Source of the DNA: the human T2T-CHM13v2.0 reference genome, Homo sapiens
Length of the DNA stretch: 64,000 nucleotides
Direction: 5' to 3' (one strand)
Assembly (NCBI RefSeq): GCF_009914755.1
Contig: NC_060929.1
How positions within the stretch are numbered: the first letter of the stretch is position 1; every line of letters starts with the position of its first letter. A program made the translations under genes and the position numbers. Positions 57,529 to 64,000 of the stretch are shown here, in pieces. The notes under the pieces are model-generated. The model did no database searches, was not told where the DNA came from, and saw nothing but the letters and a program-made list of their open reading frames with translations.

Positions 57529-59925
57529 ATGGGGAGCGGCGCCGGGGAGCTGGGCCGGGCTGAGAGGCTGCCAGTGCTCTTTCTCTTCCTGCTGTCTTTG
57601 TTCTGCCCGGCGCTCTGTGAGCAGATCCGCTACAGGATTCCCGAGGAAATGCCCAAGGGCTCCGTAGTGGGGAACCTCGCCACGGACCTGGGGTTCAGCG
57701 TCCAGGAGTTACCGACTCGAAAACTGCGCGTCAGTTCGGAGAAGCCTTACTTCACCGTGAGCGCAGAGAGCGGGGAGTTGCTTGTGAGCAGCAGGCTAGA
57801 CAGGGAGGAGATATGCGGGAAGAAGCCAGCTTGTGCTCTGGAATTTGAGGCTGTTGCTGAAAATCCACTGAACTTTTATCACGTGAATGTGGAGATCGAG
57901 GACATTAATGACCACACGCCAAAATTCACGCAAAATTCCTTTGAGCTGCAAATAAGTGAGTCTGCACAGCCTGGCACACGATTTATATTAGGATCTGCCC
58001 ATGATGCGGATATTGGTAGCAACACACTGCAGAATTACCAACTCAGTCCCAGTGATCATTTCTCACTGATAAATAAAGAGAAATCAGATGGCAGTAAATA
58101 CCCTGAGATGGTATTGAAGACACCTTTGGACAGAGAAAAGCAGAAATCCTACCACTTGACTTTGACTGCCTTGGACTTTGGAGCTCCACCCCTAAGCAGC
58201 ACTGCACAGATACACGTTCTAGTGACTGATGCCAATGATAATGCTCCAGTGTTCAGTCAAGACGTATACAGGGTGAGCCTTTCAGAAAACGTGTACCCGG
58301 GGACCACGGTGCTACAGGTGACTGCCACGGACCAGGATGAGGGTGTCAATGCCGAGATTACTTTCTCTTTCAGTGAAGCTAGCCAGATCACCCAATTTGA
58401 CCTGAACTCTAACACCGGGGAAATTACTGTTTTAAATACATTAGATTTTGAAGAAGTCAAAGAATATTCCATAGTTTTGGAAGCAAGGGACGGTGGAGGA
58501 ATGATTGCGCAATGCACAGTGGAGGTAGAAGTCATAGATGAAAATGACAACGCCCCAGAAGTGATATTCCAGTCTCTACCCAACCTAATTATGGAGGACG
58601 CCGAGCTGGGAACACATATTGCTTTGCTCAAAGTCCGTGACAAGGATTCCAGACACAATGGAGAAGTGACTTGTAAATTGGAAGGTGATGTTCCATTTAA
58701 AATATTAACTTCTTCAAGAAACACGTATAAATTAGTGACAGATGCTGTTCTAGACCGCGAGCAGAATCCAGAGTACAATATAACCGTTACGGCAACAGAT
58801 CGGGGCAAGCCTCCCCTCTCCTCCAGTTCCAGCATCACCCTGCACATTGGTGATGTAAATGACAACGCTCCGGTTTTCTCACAGTCTTCCTATATAGTCC
58901 ACGTGGCCGAGAACAACCCGCCTGGAGCCTCTATTTCACAAGTCAGGGCTTCTGATCCGGACTTGGGGCCCAACGGCCAAGTCTCTTACTGCATCATGGC
59001 CAGTGACCTGGAGCAGCGGGAGCTGTCATCCTACGTGTCCATAAGCGCGGAGAGCGGGGTGGTGTTCGCGCAGCGCGCCTTCGACCACGAGCAGCTGCGC
59101 GCCTTCGAACTCACACTGCAGGCCCGCGACCAGGGCTCGCCAGCGCTCAGCGCGAACGTGAGCCTGCGCGTGTTAGTGGACGACCGCAACGACAATGCGC
59201 CACGGGTGCTGTACCCCGCGCTGGGTCCCGACGGCTCTGCGCTCTTCGATATGGTGCCGCACGCTGCAGAGCCTGGCTACTTGGTGACCAAGGTAGTGGC
59301 GGTGGACGCAGACTCAGGACACAACGCCTGGCTGTCCTACCACGTGCTGCAGGCTAGCGAGCCCGGGCTCTTCAGCCTGGGGCTGCGCACGGGCGAAGTG
59401 CGCACAGCGCGTGCCTTAGGCGACAGGGACGCCGTCCGCCAGCGCCTTCTGGTCGCCGTGCGTGACGGTGGACAGCCACCACTCTCGGCCACTGCCACGT
59501 TGCACCTGGTCTTCGCCGACAGCTTGCAGGAGGTGCTGCCGGATATCACTGACCGCCCCGACCCCTCTGACCTCCAGGCTGAGCTGCAGTTTTACCTAGT
59601 GGTGGCCTTGGCCTTGATCTCAGTGCTCTTCCTCGTGGCCATGATTCTGGCCATTGCCTTGCGCCTGCGACGCTCCTCCAGCCCCGCCTCCTGGAGCTGC
59701 TTCCAGCCTGGTCTCTGTGTTAAATCCGAATCCGTGGTTCCCCCCAACTACAGCGAGGGGACTTTGCCTTATTCCTACAATCTATGTGTTGCACATACAG
59801 GAAAGACGGAGTTTAATTTCCTAAAATGTAGTGAGCAGTTGAGTTCAGGACAAGACATACTTTGCGGTGATTCATCTGGGGCCTTATTTCCACTTTGTAA
59901 TTCCAGTGAATTGACTTCCCATCAG
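57529..59925 (+). CDS. PCDHGB4: Protocadherin gamma-B4 variable exon (ATG 57529); donor CAG|GTGAGT; read-through stop 59940
   Basis: MGSGAGELGRAERLPVLF N-terminus; B-type motifs. Confidence 0.95.
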
Positions 59926-60502
59926 GTGAGTTTCCTTTAAGTATAATTTAATGCTCATTGCCTACCCATTTCTCCATATTCACAAGAAAATATACATATT
60001 TGCAGGAAAATATATAATTTTTAGATGTCATGGATCATTTTAGGAAAGTTGTAGTCAGTTAAAAAGCTGTCATATCATTCTACAAAGGAGGAGTAAAGTA
60101 GGAGCAATTGTGTGGCCCAACATTTGTTTGTTTTTTAGCCAAGCTTAGATTTATAAAGCAATGAGGGTGTGGTTTTAACCACAAAGTGAAAGTGTTAGAC
60201 AGTTGTTGGCTCTCTCCTAAAAAGTGAATGAGATTTTTCCTATACATTTTCCTTCTTGTTGACTAATATATGATGAATACTTTTTTCAGCTTGGATATAC
60301 CATAAATATAAAAATAATAAAGCCAAAGAATTTAAGCTAAAATTCAACACTTTTCTTAACTAATTTAACTGGTATGGTCTCCATAGTAGTCCACTGTTTT
60401 GTTTCCTGTGTTAACTTCCCTTTTGTTTCAAAAGCTCTTAGAATAAGGAGTCAACTGGATTTTTATGTCCATGGACCCCTTGTGATTATATGCAGTGTAC
60501 GC

Positions 60503-60537
60503 TGTGTGTGCGTGTGTGTGTGTGTGTGTGAGAGAGA
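60503..60537. repeat. (TG)n(AG)n microsatellite
   Basis: tgtgtgtgcgtgtgtgtgtgtgtgtgtgagagaga. Confidence 0.9.
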
Positions 60538-60947
60538 TCCTTTTACTTAGAAAAAGGTCTACTATGCTCATTAGAAGATCAAAAGCAGATTCTCCTTACT
60601 TGTAACATAGGAGTTTCAGGATTAATCTGTATTCAAGCTCATTCTATATCCTTCATCAAAGAAAAGACAATGTTTTGTGTCTGTTGTCCCTCTCACACAC
60701 AGCCCTAATATATAATGTGTAACTGCCTTATCTGCAGCCCTAAACTAATATAGCTAGAGGTCTTCTAATCATTCTCCTACCTCTAGGAAAGAAATATAGT
60801 CTTGAAAACTGCCAATCTGGTGTGCATACAAAATATATACAAAATACCAAGGAACATTATATGAGCCTTTTGCTAGGTATATCTAAGCAACTGCTTCAGT
60901 TAATGGCCACTTTACAAATTGCTGAAAGAAGGAAACGTCTTTCGATT

Positions 60948-61353
60948 CTTTTTTTTTTCTTTTTTTTTTTTGAGACAGAGTCTCTGTCTGTTACTCAGGC
61001 TGTAGTGCAGTGGCACAATGATAGCTCCCTCCAGCCTCAAACTCCTGGGCTCAAGCATTCCTTCTGCATCAGCCTCCTGACTAGCTGGAACTCAGGCTCA
61101 TGCCACCAGACCTGGCTAATTTTTCTGTTTTCAGTAGAGAAAATATTTTCTTTCACTAATTTAACTGGTATGGTTTCCATTGTCTACCCAGTTTTCCATA
61201 TGCATAAGAAAATATATTCACAGGAAAATATAAAGTTTTCAGATTTCATGAGTGGTTTTAAGAAAGTTTTAGTCAGTGAAAAAACTATCATACCAGTCTT
61301 CAAAGGAAGGGTGAAATAAGTTCATCTGCTACGTTGCCCAGGCTGGTCTTGAA
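60948..61353 (-). mobile_element. 5'-truncated AluJ-like element interrupted by a ~180-bp non-Alu insert (61141 to ~61322)
   Basis: Alu sequence runs to ...tcagtagaga (61140) and resumes at gctacgttgcccaggctggtcttgaa. Confidence 0.8.
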
Positions 61354-62195
61354 GGGAAACAGACTTTTTTGTAGTCATACTTATCCTTTGGCTTCTTAGT
61401 AAGTATTATATAGTCATTACTTTTTGCAGTTTTTTAGATCAAAGTGTTAATGTAGGTAAAGTTAACTTTAGAATATATGTAAAAGTCAAGTCTGCTTTAA
61501 ATTTAATCATCTCTTTGGTGAAAGGGATGGGATGGAGCTTTGCTTTTTATCATATATTCATCTGTACCTTTCAAGTATTCAAATAGAAAAATATAAACAA
61601 TGTAAATAAAATAGCAAAACAATGTAATATCTCATAAAACTGCAATGGTAAAAGCATTTATCCTATTGAAATTCCACAATTTTTATTTGAAAATATTATC
61701 GACATGTAATTCAAGTGGCATTTAGAAGAATAATTTAAAAGCAACAACTCTATAGAAAGCTTGTAAAATGATTAAGTAGTTTAAACCAAATAAAACAATT
61801 TCTGAGTCAGTCATCTCCAGTAGGTCTATTTTAGTCTCAAGATAAATTCATTTCTGGTGACAACTGAAGTTCTTAGTTATTTGTTAGTATATATTGGAGA
61901 CATTTACAATAAAGCTTAGAGCACAATGGGAAATGAAAGTATCATGTTTTTTTAAGACCAAATGTATTGCAGAAATGTGAGTAATTTAATCCGATGCTAC
62001 AATCTGATCATTCTGATCTAATCTGATCATTTAATAACACTAAATAAAACCTTCATCTCACATTCTTTGGCTGTTTCTTTTAAAATATGGGTTTACGGAT
62101 AAATCAAATAAATTCAAAACAAAGTAATAAGCAAATGATTTTTTTTTCTCAGTAATCTAGTAGAGTATTACATTTAGAAGTAATCTGTATCTCAG

Positions 62196-62234
62196 TGCAG
62201 TAACTATTTAGGACTGTAAGCGCCGCTGTTCACC
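62196..62234 (+). promoter_or_regulatory. PCDHGA8 promoter CSE / CTCF site
   Basis: TGCAGtaactatttaggactgtaagcgcCGCTgttcacc; CGCT at 62224. Confidence 0.9.
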
Positions 62235-62453
62235 TACTGGAAGACAAATGCAACCGAAAACACTCAGATCTCACACCTCACGAAGACCCGCAGATGCCAC
62301 AAACTAACTGCTGGACTGCAGCGAAACCCGACCCCTGTTTGGAGGCACTCCAGGTTTCCGGAGGATTGTCATCTCCATAGCTGCGGCAAGAAACTAAATA
62401 AGACCCATTTATGCACAGTGAAGATTCTGAGAGGATTCTGCAGCAAAACAACA

Positions 62454-64000
62454 ATGGCCGCTCCACAGAGTCGCCCCAGACGCGGCGAGCTGATCCTGCT
62501 GTGCGCGCTGCTGGGAACGCTGTGGGAAATCGGGAGGGGACAGATTCGCTACTCTGTGCCAGAAGAGACGGACAAAGGCTCCTTCGTGGGTAATATCTCC
62601 AAGGACCTGGGGCTGGACCCCCGGAAGCTGGCGAAGCACGGAGTCCGTATCGTCTCCAGAGGTAGGACGCAGCTCTTTGCTCTGAACCCGCGCAGCGGCA
62701 GCTTGATCACCGCGGGCAGGATAGATCGGGAGGAGCTCTGCGCTCAGAGCCCGCGGTGTCTGATAAATATTAACACCCTGGTTGAGGATAAAGGAAAACT
62801 CTTTGGGGTAGAAATAGAAATAATTGATATTAACGATAATAACCCAAAATTCCAGGTCGAAGATCTAGAAGTAAAAATTAACGAAATCGCGGTTCCTGGA
62901 GCACGTTATCCACTCCCAGAAGCTGTTGACCCGGATGTGGGCGTGAACTCCCTCCAGAGCTACCAGCTCAGCCCCAATCACCACTTCTCCCTGGACGTGC
63001 AGACTGGAGACAATGGAGCCATAAACCCAGAGCTGGTGCTGGAGCGCGCCCTGGACAGGGAGGAAGAGGCTGCTCACCACCTGGTCCTCACGGCCTCGGA
63101 TGGCGGCAAGCCGCCTCGCTCTAGCACAGTGCGCATCCACGTGACAGTGTTGGATACAAATGACAATGCCCCGGTTTTTCCTCACCCGATTTACCGAGTG
63201 AAAGTCCTTGAGAACATGCCCCCAGGCACGCGGCTGCTTACTGTAACAGCCAGCGACCCGGATGAGGGAATCAACGGAAAAGTGGCATACAAATTCCGGA
63301 AAATTAATGAAAAACAAACTCCGTTATTCCAGCTTAATGAAAATACTGGGGAAATATCAATAGCAAAAAGTCTAGATTATGAAGAATGTTCATTTTATGA
63401 AATGGAAATACAAGCCGAAGATGTGGGGGCACTTCTGGGGAGGACCAAATTGCTCATTTCGGTGGAAGATGTAAATGACAATAGACCAGAAGTGATCATT
63501 ACGTCTTTGTTTAGCCCAGTGTTAGAAAATTCTCTTCCCGGGACAGTAATTGCCTTCTTGAGTGTGCATGACCAAGACTCTGGAAAGAATGGTCAAGTTG
63601 TCTGTTACACACGTGATAATTTACCTTTTAAATTAGAAAAGTCAATAGGTAATTATTATAGATTAGTGACAAGGAAATATTTGGACCGAGAAAATGTCTC
63701 TATCTACAATATCACAGTGATGGCCTCAGATCTAGGAACACCACCTCTGTCCACTGAAACTCAAATCGCTCTGCACGTGGCAGACATTAACGACAACCCT
63801 CCTACTTTCCCTCATGCCTCCTACTCAGCGTATATCCTAGAGAACAACCTGAGAGGAGCCTCCATCTTTTCCTTGACTGCACACGACCCCGACAGCCAGG
63901 AGAATGCCCAGGTCACTTACTCTGTGACCGAGGACACGCTGCAGGGGGCGCCCCTGTCCTCGTATATCTCCATCAACTCTGACACCGGTGTCCTGTATGC
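62454..64000 (+). CDS. PCDHGA8: Protocadherin gamma-A8 variable exon, 3'-truncated by the window end (absent from the ORF track because no stop is reached)
   Basis: Manual translation [46 protein letters not shown]...; still in frame at the end ([14 protein letters not shown]5). Confidence 0.93.
   Translation, partial: MAAPQSRPRRGELILLCALLGTLWEIGRGQIRYSVPEETDKGSFVGNISKDLGLDPRKLAKHGVRIVSRGRTQLFALNPRSGSLITAGRIDREELCAQSPRCLININTLVEDKGKLFGVEIEIIDINDNNPKFQVEDLEVKINEIAVPGARYPLPEAVDPDVGVNSLQSYQLSPNHHFSLDVQTGDNGAINPELVLERALDREEEAAHHLVLTASDGGKPPRSSTVRIHVTVLDTNDNAPVFPHPIYRVKVLENMPPGTRLLTVTASDPDEGINGKVAYKFRKINEKQTPLFQLNENTGEISIAKSLDYEECSFYEMEIQAEDVGALLGRTKLLISVEDVNDNRPEVIITSLFSPVLENSLPGTVIAFLSVHDQDSGKNGQVVCYTRDNLPFKLEKSIGNYYRLVTRKYLDRENVSIYNITVMASDLGTPPLSTETQIALHVADINDNPPTFPHASYSAYILENNLRGASIFSLTAHDPDSQENAQVTYSVTEDTLQGAPLSSYISINSDTGVLY

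Noticed and set aside
60822-61319. 165-aa ORF
   Set aside because: Non-ATG start; runs through poly(T), antisense Alu and the intronic insert; no protein features

Overview
Human genomic DNA (two AluYb8 insertions point to human) from the 5' half of the clustered protocadherin-gamma (PCDHG) locus. The window holds 12 tandem, same-strand variable first exons of about 2.4 kb: PCDHGA1 (5'-truncated), A2, A3, B1, A4, B2, A5, B3, A6, A7, B4 and A8 (3'-truncated). Each complete exon encodes a signal peptide, 6 cadherin repeats, a TM segment and a variable cytoplasmic domain, and ends in a phase-0 splice donor for the shared constant exons outside the window. Each of the 11 visible promoters has a CSE/CGCT-box CTCF site about 200-250 bp upstream of the start codon. 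The introns contain Alus, old L1/L2/MIR remnants and microsatellites. The overall system (stochastic promoter choice generating neuronal identity codes) is well known, not new. The features least explained by standard annotation are: (1) a 44-codon, indel-free decayed gamma-A exon tail with an intact splice donor just behind the PCDHGA6 donor, hit by an AluYb8; (2) an Alu split by a ~180-bp diverged copy of PCDHGB4 intron sequence; (3) an old Alu carrying a (GGGGC)-type GC-box/G-quadruplex array with retained CpGs; (4) an inverted, near-identical AluYb8 pair bracketing eight promoters; (5) a subfamily-correlated 28 vs 29 bp spacing within the CTCF sites. Gene names come from recognised N-termini and cluster order. 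Repeat subfamilies were called by eye.
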